Shown: positions 9,886-21,761 of the stretch, piece after piece
Layout: each line of letters begins with the position of its first letter
How positions within the stretch are numbered: position 1 is the stretch's first letter
Source of the DNA: Licmophora abbreviata
Taxonomy: Eukaryota
Length of the DNA stretch: 41,272 nucleotides
Direction of reading: 5' to 3'
NCBI GenBank assembly: GCA_900291995.1
Contig: OLMU01000948.1
Location: 1-41,272 of the forward strand
The notes under the pieces: model-generated
Told to the model about the DNA's origin: nothing
What the model saw: only the letters and a program-made list of their open reading frames with translations
Databases searched by the model: none
Program-made: the position numbers and the translations under genes

Positions 9886-12800
9886 TCAATCGCGCCCCGC
9901 ACCTGGCACCACCCTTCGTAGAAAGCCGGTTGCTCCGTAATTCTTCTTAGAAGGAGTCTCGTCGCCGCCCACCAGGACGGAGGTTTCGTCTTCTGATCGA
10001 GTCTTGCGGTTGGCTTCCCTATCTGGAATCATGGCCCCCTCCAGATGCTGGCCGAAGAAGCAGGCTGAATTATGTTCAGCTGAGGTAGAAACGTGCGGTT
10101 CCGCGTGCGAGGCAAACTGAGGTTTGTCCACCCATCGAGCCTCCTTAAATCGCGGAACAGAAATCAAGAAATTTCCGAACATGTAACGCTTCATATGCTT
10201 CAACTTCTTCGCGTCTTCGCGGTTGATCTGCCGCCAGCGTCTCGCTTCGACGAGTTCTTGATATTTGAGCTGCATTTTTTCATGTTCTTCCTTCTTAAGT
10301 TGATCTCTAGTCCTTCCCTTGACAAAGAAAATATCCACCAATTTCATCCACGGACCAAAGATAACCCAAACGAAGATACGGAAGACCCAGTGAATCAGGA
10401 AGCCCCATGGCATCCCCAACAGTAAGAGCCCAGCTACAATGCAGCCGTTCGTGAGCCAGAACGCTGAATGAGAGTCTTGCCAGGTCACGATACTCCTAGT
10501 AATGCGTACAACAATTACCGCAATACCGAGATGCTGCTGCAAAGGGTAGAGAAAGGGTTTCAACGGCTGAACAGACACTCCCCATCTTCCCTTCTTCGTC
10601 TCAATATCTTCTTCTTCGGTAGCCTCCTCGGCCAGCTCCTTTTCCAATTCAGCCGCTTCTTTCTCGGCAGCTTGTGCTCGCTTCTGCGATTCCTCTTTCC
10701 GTTGTTCAGCGAGCGCCTTTTCTGCCGCAAGAAACTTCTCGACCTCTACCTTCTGCTCGTTCGGGCCGATAGTATCGGTGAATGTTCGATTGAACAGAAG
10801 TACCTGCCATAGCTCCCCAAATGACCTTATCTTCTCCCAGGGAGAAGGGTTACGACGTTGATACTCCATGCTGGCGATGAGCGCCCAAGAGATGCCAAAC
10901 AACAAGAAAGAAGGGAAAAAGTTGTAGTTCTCTGCGAGAATAATGCCACCAATGAACGCTATCGCAGAATGAAGCGGAAGCTTGGCATTCACGGGCTTGA
11001 CAGAGCGACGAAGAAAACTCTTCGGGTGCTCAGGGTCGACGGGTTGGAGAGGGATCGACGGCACCCAAAATGTGACAGGAAAATGACCGCGCCACAACAA
11101 TAGCGTAAAAGCGGCCTCCCTTAGCACGTGCTGCAGGCTTTGATATTCTTGTAGCTCATCGATGTAGGAGGTGAGAGTGTCCATGTCGTATGCTTTGACG
11201 TTGTACTGAGTTTGATGGGATGGAAATTCCGGAGTGAGTGAGCTAGCTTGTAGCTACAGACAGTAGGCTCACCAGTTGAGTGCATCCCTTACCTTGCCAA
11301 CGGTCGTGTAGTGAGCGCAGAGGAAGTCCTTCTTTTTAGATACGTTAACGAAAATGTCCGGGGGGAGCATTGCTGACGCTAGAAGCGCCTTCCTTTCATT
11401 CTCCCATTCAACTCGTACACGGACGGTCACTGATCCTTTTGATTTGCGTTTCGTGACCAGCGCCGAAGTGTACAGGTGGAATTGCATCGTGTAGTCAGTC
11501 GAGGGACGCAGGGTCGATACATCGATCGTTGCTCTTCCTATCGGGTCGTGTGAGTCCAACCCAGTAGCAGAGTCGAAATCAAACAACCCGATGAGCACCT
11601 GTGACGCTGGATGAATCATATTGAACATGAACGCTCGCTGAGTCCACGGTAACCAGCGCGGACGCAGTGTGTCGTTGATGACATCTGTATTGACAATCGA
11701 GTCTTCAAAGATGATTGATGCGAACGCATCCGTCTTTCCTCCCAACATAGGACCTTGGTCGAGATTGGGGAGACCATCGCACGCAATCAACTCAAAGTAT
11801 ATTTTCCCCAATTGCCCTGACCCGACTTCAATCCAATTCTTGGATGGCTTGTGCGCCTCGTCGTCAATCTGCTTCTCAGTCATCCACTTGGTCTCTTCCG
11901 GGCGATCCGGGTCGGCTTCAGGCTTTACGCGGAACTGGATTGTACAAGTCAGTCATGACAGTGTGTTAACAAAAAAAACACACACACACACACATCACAC
12001 ACACACACAATTCCGGTCGTTCTTACGAATTGAGCAACACAACACGCCACGCTTCATCCTTACCTCTCGACCGGCGCCCTTGACCTTTCGCGACTCGCGC
12101 TTGAGAACGCCCACTGCATGGGATCGGATCGGAACCTGCCCAGCACCACAGCAACCAGAGTTAGCAAAAGACAAAACAATGATAAATACAAACCACTTCC
12201 ATTGCTTACATAGGCCTCGTTGGCGTAAGCGCCAGTGACATTCTTCTTCTTCTGAGCTGCAAAGATTCTCATAAACTCCATGTCTTCCGGTGTGGCACGA
12301 CGGTAGCGCAGCACCAAAACGGCGTCCTTGGCGTCTTTGTGATTCTTGTCGAGTGCCAGAGGGTACTCGACACGCTCTCCGGTTCCATCCATGAGTTCTT
12401 CCTGCTGGACATTCACCTTTCCGAGAACGTCATTTGCTCCCAGGGCGTCGTAGTCGCGAACGGAGAACGTGAGCCCGCTGCTGCTACCAAAGAACACTTC
12501 CGGGGTCGTCTGAAGTAGAAAGAGCGAGCCGTTGTCGATGGTCCAGATGGGATTGATGCTGCATTGTGAACAAAGCGATGCGAAATGAATGTGAGTCGGT
12601 GATGGTAAAGCACTGCTCAATCGTCATAAATAGCGCGATTGCCAATCAAAATGCATACTCACGTATTTGGCAATTGTTTGGTCCTATGCACTTCTTCTTT
12701 TCCAAGGTAGACGACCACGTACGCGTCGGTGCTCGACAAGTCGGCCACAGGTAGTCGCACGCCCGAGACAATTTCAACCAGAAGGTTAACGTCTTCACCG

Positions 12801-13757
12801 GCCTCAAAATCGCGACTCTTGCTGGTAGGACTCGTATCCGATCTAAACTTGTCAAGCTTGCGTTGGGCTCGTTTCGCCTCGAGTTTGCGCAAAGAGTCAA
12901 GAATACGCCAAAATGACTGCGCTTCCGTTTCGTTGACAAAGTTCACCTGGCGTACCTGCGTTTCAGCGCCCCGCCCAAGCTTGAGATCGGCGTGGTTGCG
13001 CCTGTGAGAAAGCAGCTCGACGTCGTCTAGATCAAAGTGATATTCCTCCGACCACTTTCCGTCTTCGAGTTCCTCGTCGGCGCCATGAGCACCCAGAGTG
13101 GACACTGTGTTATCGTCGTCTATGCGCAAGGAGAATGAAAACAATGAAACCAATTAAAGTTAGACAGAATCTGTAGGAAGCACATAGTTTTTACCTTCAC
13201 TTTGACAAATGAGTGTCGTACTCACCGTCATCGTCACTATCATCATCATCCTTGCCCTTTCGCGACGGCCTCAAGATGCGCAAAACGACAGTTTCCCCGT
13301 CGTGCAGTTCTTCATTGGCGGGATGGACTGTAGATTGACCGCGCAGCAGTCCCCGTTGCAAGCTTTCCGTCTTCTGTGCCGACCGAGGAAGCAGCGGTGA
13401 GGCAGTCGAAGATCCGGGACCAGCGACACTGTCGGTGTTCTGTTCGGAGTGAATTTCAATGACAAGGCGACTTGTTTTCTTACGAAGTCTTCCACCCAGA
13501 TTCCCAGTAACGGAGGGAACTAACTTTCCGTGCAACATGGTCTTCTTGGGAGGGGGCATTTTGACATCCCAAGCGCGATACGAACGAGCTCCCAGATGAT
13601 GTTCTGCGCTGGGAGTACTAGGTGGTGCCCTATGTTTTCGTGGCGTTCCCAGCGACGGCGTCATTCTTCCCAGCAGCGACCGCTGTTCTTCTTCTTGCGC
13701 TTCAGCATCCTTCTTTTCCTTCTTGGGACTTACGAGAGTCGAGAAGGGATTCGTCAT
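9886..13757 (-). CDS. Multi-C2-domain and transmembrane protein (MCTP-like); 6 exons (13757-13226, 13119-12663, 12558-12210, 12135-12064, 11934-11293, 11205-9886), ~1123 aa
   Basis: Two C2 domains: LVEIVSGVRLPVADLSSTDAYV..INPIW..VRDYDALGANDVLG and ELIACDGLPNLD..KTDAF..LRPRW..LFDFD..HDPIG. C-terminal hydrophobic hairpins. All five GT-AG introns preserve the frame. Confidence 0.8.
11971..12009 (+). repeat. A-tract plus interrupted (CA)n microsatellite inside an intron
   Basis: aaaaaaaacacacacacacacacatcacacacacacaca, seen directly. Confidence 0.9.
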
Positions 13758-14228
13758 GGCGAAAAGGGTATGTTTAACGGCAATCAATGTAAGCAAAGGG
13801 CGAACCGTGAACCCACCACGAATTGAATCTTCGTATAGTAAGTTCGGAAACGAAAAAAGAAGTAAAAGTGCGTCAACAGATAAAAGATACGGATCTTCCT
13901 ATCATTCTGACTCGTTCGACTTGAATGACTCGACTCGTTCGACTATTTTCTTTTTGAAATTATTCTACGAGGTCTCGCTCCCGTTAAATGCCTCTCACGT
14001 CGGAGTCACGTTTGGTCCCGCGCGGTCCAGCACACGGATTTGCAGCGAAAGCCTTGGAAGGAGCTGTGTTCTTTTTTCGATTGAGGCCTGAGAGAGCCGT
14101 GTTGTGTCGGGCACATTTTCATTTCACAGTGAACGTCGCATCCAAGCTTGTCGTGATTGACGTCGACAGTCCGTTTTGTGACCCCACTCCCACTGAATCT
14201 CTGGACTACAGCGCTTGCACTTGTCAGA

Positions 14229-15993
14229 ATGATGATGTCTCGGCCCCAGAGCAAGGAGCAGGCGGCTCCTTCGTCGAAACAAGTCGCTCCGACCGAAGAG
14301 AACTCAAACAAGACTACGAACCAAGCCGTTCTCGATCTCGAGAGACGTCTGGCGCTCCTGGGAGACGAAACAAAGGAGGAAACGCCCAAGATAGAAGACG
14401 TTTCCACGGCCCCTGCGCCCCCGCAGCAAACAGCCCCCGTCAAGGGCGGAAAGAACGCGTTGCTGGTGAGTTTGGCGGTGAAGTTCGGAACCGAGCCACG
14501 GCTTCACGTCAAGGCCGGTCATCGACCAGAATTTCATTCGTGACTCTTCCTTTTGCCTTCTTACACTCCTCGTCTTTTATGTTCACTTTCTATAGGCGAG
14601 AATCATGGCAGCGCAGGAACGAGCCAAAATGGCAGGAGAAAAGAAGGAAGACAAGCCTGCGGAACAGAATCATCCACCGGACCTGCTGTCGGAACCCACC
14701 ACAGAGGACCACCCACCTCCACCGTCGTTTGATCAAGCCTTTCCTTTAGTCGAACAAACTGCTCCGCCTCCTCCATCGTTCGATATGCTTGAACTGCAGC
14801 AGAAACAAGAAGCTTCGCCGCCTGCCTTCGATGCCATTGAGCACCAGGTGACTCCTCCACCGGCATACGCAGGACCTACCGTCGTCGCTCCGCCTCCCAT
14901 GTCGGCTCCATCCTACGAGGACTTGCTCGATCACTCGTCTCATCAACACTCTCTGGAAGGAATCGAGCCTCTTCAAGCGCCTGCTTCTAATGATATCAGT
15001 GATGAGATTCTCAACATCCCGGGTCTCTCCGATGCCGAACGCCAAGCTCTCATGGATGAACAACGTGGTATCATGGAACAGATTGAACAAGAAAAAGCGG
15101 CCAATGACAAAGCCATCGCCGCTGCACGGGCCGAGTCCTTTGATCAGCGCAGCAATACTAGAGTCGCGCGAGCTGCCTCCGATACGGTCGGTGGCCGCAC
15201 GGAAGCGGCCGATGCTAGCAATGTTGCGGACGCGGCGCGTACGGTGTATCTTGGCGATGGACAGGAGGTGGCTTTACATGGACAGGAACGGACGCGTGCC
15301 GCAATCAAGGCAGGAACTGCGATTCTAGTGCAGTGTGTTCATTGTCAAAATTGGATGCAGGTCACGGACACGGCCACGCTTATGTATTGTCCCGTCTGCA
15401 GTGTTGTGAGTCCTGTGGAACGACAGACGGCTGTGCTCACGCAGGAAGAGGCGCGGCAGATGAGCGCAGATCGTCGACTGGCAGAGCAGTTGCAGAATGA
15501 AGAATATGATGAAGGAGAGGAAGAAGAGGAAGAGACGTGGTATGATTCTATCTCGAGCTTTTTTGGCTCGAAGAAGACGCAGCCAGAGCGTCCGCAAGCT
15601 GCCGAGGTTCGTCCTCCGGCGCGTGGAGAGGTGGGGGTGACGCGTCCTCCCGGATCACCGCCACGATCGGGACTGATGCCAGCGCAGACTGGAGAAGAGA
15701 GCACGGAAACAATCACCTTCGGCCGATCGTATGATGATGAGCAGGAAGGACTCTTGTCAGGAGGACGGCAGTTGCAGCCGGCCCGTGTCGCGGAGCAGAA
15801 GCCCTTGTTCTCCTGCATGGTGGACAGTGTGTCGAGCGCGGCATCGTCGCTGGGTACTGCCTTGACGTCGCAGACGCTGGAGGAAGATAGAGAAGGGAAT
15901 GTTCATGGAGTCGATGCAAGCTCCCTGTTGGCCGTATCGCAGGTTGGGCGAGGTACCGAGTACGAGCCGCTTCGTGACAATCAAGAGTCGTAG
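14229..15993 (+). CDS. Proline-rich protein with a CxxC-CxxC zinc ribbon and a ubiquitin-binding-like helix; 2 exons (14229-14465, 14596-15993)
   Basis: Phase-0 intron GTGAGT...TATAG (14466-14595). Motifs CVHC..(15 aa)..CPVC, ADRRLAEQLQNEE, and PPPSF/PPAY/APSY. Confidence 0.72.
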
Positions 15994-16168
15994 TAAAGTA
16001 GCACTGCATGGAACTGATGCGAACGTGCAAATGACTGGACTTCCATTCTGAATAGTTGGCAGGCAAATCGTTAACATGTCGCTAACTTTTAATCGGAATG
16101 TATCAACACTTGATACTCGCATACTATGCCCACGACTTTTCCGGACTAATACCGATAGACAGGCGTTC

Positions 16169-18384
16169 CTACCCCAGACCGTCGTTGCGGACAATATCCA
16201 TGAGCAGGGTGCGCACGGACAGTAGCTCACTGGACACTAGATCGTCGAGACCGACCGCGCCAGGGTCTAACTTTGCACCAAGGAGCTCCGTCCGCGCTTG
16301 CGCGAATGCGTCATCCTGCAGCATCGGGTCGTCCTCGTCCATCGACGACAGCAACTTGATCAGTAGGTCGAAACTTTTGTTGTCGAGCAAGTCTTGCAAG
16401 ACGCAATATTCATCGTTGTGCCCCATTAAACCACACGAATAGACATCCAAGACACCGGCGCCTCCCGAGTAGACCAGGATCGGGAGACTAGACATGCCTG
16501 TCGTCGTCTTTCCGATCGGGACGGCAACGTTGCCCGCCACGAATCCGTGAAGGTACCTGTCAGCTGACTCCATTGTTTCTTCTTCCGGAGGCAAAAACAC
16601 AGAAGCGGGGCGTACGTGTGCCTCATCCTCACTGATAAGCGGCAGGACGTAGACTGTGCCACCTCGAAGGCAGCACGCTACATGGGGCTCGCCATTTAAT
16701 TCTATCGAGGAAAGCCCGATGACAGGGTACGACGCGATGATCTGGTTGACATCGCGTGTGACCCCCCAGTTTAAAGCGTGATCACTGGTGCTGGCATCCA
16801 ACAAGGCTATCGTTCCATCGGAAAGAGCGCTAATAACGCAGGGGCCAGGTCCTCGACAAGCGCCTGTATCGAGTTTTAAAAAGAGCAACACAGAGACACA
16901 GTGTATCAGAGCGAGTGGTCGGCACCGAAAAATTGAGTTTCCTTATACTTACATATCTTGTCGCTTCCAATTGACGCCTGTGCTAGCGAACGTCGGCCAT
17001 GCCCATGCACATCATTTGACGGATACGTGGATGAGCCCTGCAACTCCATCCCTACCTGGGGCCAGACACAATAGTCAGAGAGGACCAAAGGAGCGCCCCC
17101 GTCGCCGTCTCCTCGTATCATGAATTGAGATTTTGTTGCTACTGCATGTAATGCCTTCCAGTCACGCTCCAGGTCAACCACATTCACTACTTCTATTGTG
17201 GATGAAGGGCAGTGGGAGCCAAGACGCTCGTCCGCGACATGATGTGGCGCGTGGATCACGGCGGCGAGAAAGTCGCTCAAATGTAGCTGATCCTCTTGGG
17301 GCTCCGCTTCATCAACGTCGCTTCCGTCGTCTTCGTCATCCGGTGGAGAACCATTGGATCGGCGTCTTGGGGGAGCAGTCGGCATTCCAAGTGTCGCTAT
17401 TGAGCGAACCTGAGCTTCAAAGCACCCTCTCCAGCACAAATTCACAGGCGACGTCTCATCCTTGGTGTTCCTACTGGAATCGACTTCGGTGGTCGTGTAA
17501 TCCGTGAGATGCGATGCACCGCTAGTTGGTCTTGCGTCCTCCGCACCTCCGGCGCTAGGTCCTCCGATCTGCCCTGGTTGCGGCGTCAGCGATTGCCTCG
17601 CGTGCCATTCTTCCATGCACCCAGATTCGTACCCGATACATATACGCCACTGCCCATGGTCAGTGCTATATCGAAAAGAAACGCACTTTGGATTGCAGAG
17701 GCGAGTATTCCAAGAAAATACTGTGCGAACGGTCAATGGCGACGACGATTTCACTTGTTTTGAGCAGTCGAGCAAGAATCCATCGCCCTCTGACGTGAGT
17801 GCGACGACTTGCCCCACAAAGTCTAAAGGCGCAGGATCTTGACAAGCGGTATCAAGAATCGATACTCCTTTAGGAGCTGCCGCCATACTGACTATTCTAG
17901 CATCCCGTCGGCACAAACATATGGCAATGGGAGACAACGGCCGTCGTCTTGTCGACAGCTTTCGGGCGACTTCACCCTCAAGGCCTTCCTTTTGTTCTGG
18001 AATTACGATCCCTTCTCGGAAGTCAGGAGGGACTACTTGGTAGAAGCACACTCGGCCGTCATCCGTCGCCGAAACGACGTACCGATCAAAGGCAACAACA
18101 GGGTCGCAGGGTGCTGTCCCGGCCGGAACGACGAGGTCAGCCAGCTGGGGGAACTCTTCTTGAAGCGGTGGAGGATGTTGCAAAGCACACAGCGGTTGCG
18201 AAGTCCTCGTACGCAATGAACGAGATCTCCATTGCCCATTCGAGGGCGACAACAAGGGGGGAGCAAGGTCAAGACCAGAGTTGACGGCCGGCGACAGAGC
18301 ACGATGTCGACGACGACGACGGCTCTGTCGAGGCGGCGATGGAATCACTGGCGTACTCTCGGGTGGGCGTCCTCCAGCTCCCAT
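16169..18384 (-). CDS. Uncharacterised protein, possibly a degenerate beta-propeller; 2 exons (18384-16953, 16863-16169)
   Basis: Long ORFs 16906..18579 and 16169..16891 are joined by a phase-1 GTAAGT...ACAG intron (16952-16864). First ATG at 18384. WD-like strand motifs VVSATDDGRVCFY, ICIGYESGCMEEW, ISALSDGTIALL. Confidence 0.6.
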
Positions 18385-18495
18385 AGTCGTAGTGCGTACA
18401 GCAAAAGCAACAGAACTGTCAAACGTGACAGCGTTGGGACGACGAGTTACTTGTGGTCGATTGTTCTCTTGTTCAGTGATGGGGTGGAAAAGCGA

Positions 18496-18516
18496 CCAAA
18501 AACAAAAATTGAAAAA
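18496..18516 (-). terminator. RNA polymerase III oligo-T terminator of the tRNA-Gln gene
   Basis: On the minus strand TTTTTCAATTTTTGTTTT begins a few nt after the tRNA 3' end. Confidence 0.7.
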
Positions 18517-18521
18517 GTTGC

Positions 18522-18594
18522 AGGTCCCACCGAGATTCGAACTCGGGTTGCAAGAATCAGAACCTTGGGTGATAACCAACTACACTATGGGACC
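18522..18594 (-). tRNA. tRNA-Gln, anticodon CTG
   Basis: GGTCCCATAGTGTAGTTGGTTATCACCCAAGGTTCTGATTCTTGCAACCCGAGTTCGAATCTCGGTGGGACCT. Acceptor stem GGTCCCA/TGGGACC, anticodon arm CAAGG-TTCTGAT-TCTTG, T-loop GTTCGAAT. Confidence 0.96.
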
Positions 18595-19114
18595 GCTACC
18601 GATGCGGGGGTATTAGCAAATTATAAACTTTGAGCGTTTTGTCTTTCAGGACTCTTAACGGAGAAACCGTCATCTACAGAGTGCCAATATGGACAATAAT
18701 GAAGAGTCGTCTAGAGAGGGTGCAGGCACGTCGATAGGTAGTGGTGCGTCCTATGCACCTCCAACACTAAGCACAACAAGCGACTACACGTACCAGTTAG
18801 TAGAACGACCAGGATTAACTACAAGCTATAATGTTTATGATTCCTACCTAACATGAATCTCAGTCGTGGCCGCGAGATGGGCTTGCGCCCTTGGAGTGGC
18901 GTAATCTTATGCAGTTGACACGGTTTGAGTTGACTTTCGACCATATTTGGAAACGCCCAGCATTGATGTATCGTCCGCTCCAAGCTTCGCTGCACTAAGC
19001 AATTTCAATGTGCGTAGTCTATAGTGGCTTACACATGATACTTCCTCAAGATATCATAGCTCTGCCGAGAAACCTAGGCCAGTTGTGTGCACTCGCCGTC
19101 TTCGCATTCTACAG

Positions 19115-21346
19115 CTAGTCATCTTTCTCAAGCGCCTCCAAATGTGGGAACGCCTTGAATGCACCGACTGCCGTAATGGTCACAATCAGCCCCATCGAAA
19201 CGAAAATATGGTTTAGCAAAGTTTCGATACCACCAAGGCCGCACCACGTAATGAGAACGTCGCCGACCGAGCGACCAAGATTCCCAGCCTCGGTTGCCAG
19301 AAGTCCAACATTGAGGAATCCCCTAGCCCAACTCGTTGGTATTGTTTTCGACAGCAAACTCATATTCGGCCCCTCTAGAGCGTTTGTACCGACGAAGATT
19401 ATTACACTGGCGGCAATGTATTGTAGTATCGAGTAGTGGTCGGCACTTCCATAGTTGACAATACACCACACGCCAACCGCCATCACAAGAAGGGTCACCA
19501 TGATGAGTTCCCGGTCGTCGTGACGCCGACTAAAGTAAGCCACCATTAGGTTTGCCGGAAACATGAGCAGGCCCAAGATTGCTAGATAAATTCCAGTTTC
19601 GGTTGCACCCCAATCAAAATAGAATCCCGTCAGTGTTGCAGTTGAGCTCAGACAGACCTCCAGCACCATCTTGAGAACAAAGCAGATGAGTAACGTCGCC
19701 ATCACGGGGATGTTTTTCCATAGCGGCGGCGAGGCTGATTCTGCCCGATCGACTCCGTTGGTCGTTGACAACAGCGCCTTCCTTTCGCCGACGAGCTCGA
19801 CGTCCATATCCTTTGGCGCTGCGTTGTGTGTAGGAGGATCTTGAAAGTAAGCGACTAAAGCGACAAGGTAAATCATCCAGAGGGTAAACATGAGCCAGCC
19901 TGAAGCGTTCTCGACACTCAAGTACGTATCGCCGGGAGGAAGAAAGTCTAGCAGGGCCGCCAGAGCAGGACCCGCTGCCATACCGAGCGAGCCCGCAGTA
20001 ACGAAAGCCGCTGACGCTGCTGTCCGCTCATCCCTTGAGTACGAGTCTGCAATATATCGTCGATTGATTGACCGACAGCTACCGAAGCCGATCAGAAGAC
20101 GACCGATTAAAACCAACGTAAAACTTTGGAATGGAAGTCCGAGAGCGTACAATACGTTCCCAAGCAGTGCACTGGAAGCCGCGAAGAACAGTGCAGCCTT
20201 GTAGGAGTAACTAGTCCACCAGCTGTAGAGAAACGTGGATGCCAAAGCGGCGATCGGCGTCATCCCAATGACCAGTCCAGCAAGAGTCTCGTTACCCCCC
20301 AGCTTGGCAGCGTAGGCACCACTCGTGGGCGCCGCTATGTAGTAATTCGTCAAGAATAGAAATGTACTCATCAAGTTGAGAAAGTTTGATAGACGCGACG
20401 GCTTGGAGCGCGGCAGCGGTGCCATATCCTCTAGAAGAAACGTATCACTCGGCTGGTGCTCCAGAACCATGGCTGGGGCGGCCAAGAAACTGACCAAGTT
20501 GGACGACTCGTACAGGCGACGTCGCGCCGCGTCAATCCGAAATAAGACAGGCTCTTCATCGGGTGAAGCACTGGCTTGCCAGTCTTCAAGGTTGTCCAGC
20601 GTCGTTGTTCGAGTGTGTCCTTTGCTAGAGCTCGATAGAGCCTGTTTCCATTCATCGTCCAGTGACGGACCCACCAAATCGGGCGCAGTGTTATTTCTTC
20701 GGTGCATGCCGCCGCCGATAACAATATCTGAACCACTATTCATCTGCAGAGCGTCTTCGCACTTTCGTAGTTCTGCCAATGAGTGTTGCAGGGTCGTAAC
20801 GAGTGCCCCGATGCCCTCGTAGTGGAGTAGCTGTTTTAAGTGTGAGTCTTGCTGGCTCTCAAAGTAATTCTCTGATAGATACTGACCCGAGAGCTTGTTT
20901 GCCGTGTAAATTTTGTCGTGCTTCTTTAGAATCTTTCGTACTCCCGTCACCGTTAGTTCGACGAAGCGAATGAGGCGTACCACATCGTCTCCGATGTCTC
21001 GGTAAGCTCGTAAAAGCTCCCCAATCTGAGCACGTACAGGTACCATGGTCTCCGCTCCATTCTGAATTCCAGTTGCGACGAGCTCTTTGACTTCTGAGAC
21101 ACTGGTGCGCGAATCTTGCCTCAACAAGGATATCTTCGACGCAAGTCTGCCTTGTTCCTGAAGAAAGAACAAGACGGCTTTTTCTATGTCGATGTCAAGA
21201 AGATGAATGAATTCTCGCTCGCGAAACGCATCCGACTCGTCCGCGTTTTGGAACTCGAGAATCCTCTTCAACCTTGTGTAATCCAGATAGTACTCCTTCC
21301 ATGGACCGTATTCTAATGCCATAAGGCGCTTTCCAAAGTGCACCAT
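19115..21346 (-). CDS. SPX-MFS protein (vacuolar phosphate transporter, VPT/PHT5-like), copy 1, intact
   Basis: MVHFGKRL..YLDYTRLKR and TGVRKILKKHDK SPX motifs, then a multi-TM MFS domain (TNYYIAAPT, IGRLLIGFGS, INRRYIAD, EGPNMSLLSK). Confidence 0.9.
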   Translation of the reverse strand: MVHFGKRLMALEYGPWKEYYLDYTRLKRILEFQNADESDAFREREFIHLLDIDIEKAVLFFLQEQGRLASKISLLRQDSRTSVSEVKELVATGIQNGAETMVPVRAQIGELLRAYRDIGDDVVRLIRFVELTVTGVRKILKKHDKIYTANKLSGQYLSENYFESQQDSHLKQLLHYEGIGALVTTLQHSLAELRKCEDALQMNSGSDIVIGGGMHRRNNTAPDLVGPSLDDEWKQALSSSSKGHTRTTTLDNLEDWQASASPDEEPVLFRIDAARRRLYESSNLVSFLAAPAMVLEHQPSDTFLLEDMAPLPRSKPSRLSNFLNLMSTFLFLTNYYIAAPTSGAYAAKLGGNETLAGLVIGMTPIAALASTFLYSWWTSYSYKAALFFAASSALLGNVLYALGLPFQSFTLVLIGRLLIGFGSCRSINRRYIADSYSRDERTAASAAFVTAGSLGMAAGPALAALLDFLPPGDTYLSVENASGWLMFTLWMIYLVALVAYFQDPPTHNAAPKDMDVELVGERKALLSTTNGVDRAESASPPLWKNIPVMATLLICFVLKMVLEVCLSSTATLTGFYFDWGATETGIYLAILGLLMFPANLMVAYFSRRHDDRELIMVTLLVMAVGVWCIVNYGSADHYSILQYIAASVIIFVGTNALEGPNMSLLSKTIPTSWARGFLNVGLLATEAGNLGRSVGDVLITWCGLGGIETLLNHIFVSMGLIVTITAVGAFKAFPHLEALEKDD

Positions 21347-21761
21347 GGGAATCGGATATTTTACCGTGTTGTCCAAAGTATCTTCATTGTGATTCTCGCC
21401 GCGGCGAATCCGCGAGCGAATCTTTGAAAAAGATTTCGCGCGACGACAGTGTGGTCTGGCCGCCCGATGACAACTCGACTGCCTCAACTTTACTCGACTT
21501 TCTCACTCATCAAATCTCTCTCACTCGATAGCCCGACAAAAGTGTTGCTAGATGACTTCGTACGAATAGAACGCCTCCAGGATAATAACTCCAATCTCCT
21601 GTTTTAGTGTTTGCTACTTGCTACTGGCAGTATCGATTGCACAGCGGGAGCAGAACGCTGTCCGAACACTGACTTCCGAGCGAAAAAAATGTAACAGGCC
21701 ATAGCACGGCGGAAGCTGAGTGAAAGCAAATGTAGCAGAGCTGTTTCTTCAATCTCCGTTC

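Noticed and set aside
18385..18579. N-terminal part of ORF 16906..18579
   Set aside because: It starts at a non-ATG codon and runs through the tRNA-Gln gene and its terminator.
21347..21487. N-terminal extension of the 790-aa SPX-MFS ORF
   Set aside because: Non-ATG start. SPX domains begin at MVxFGK, as in the paralogue.
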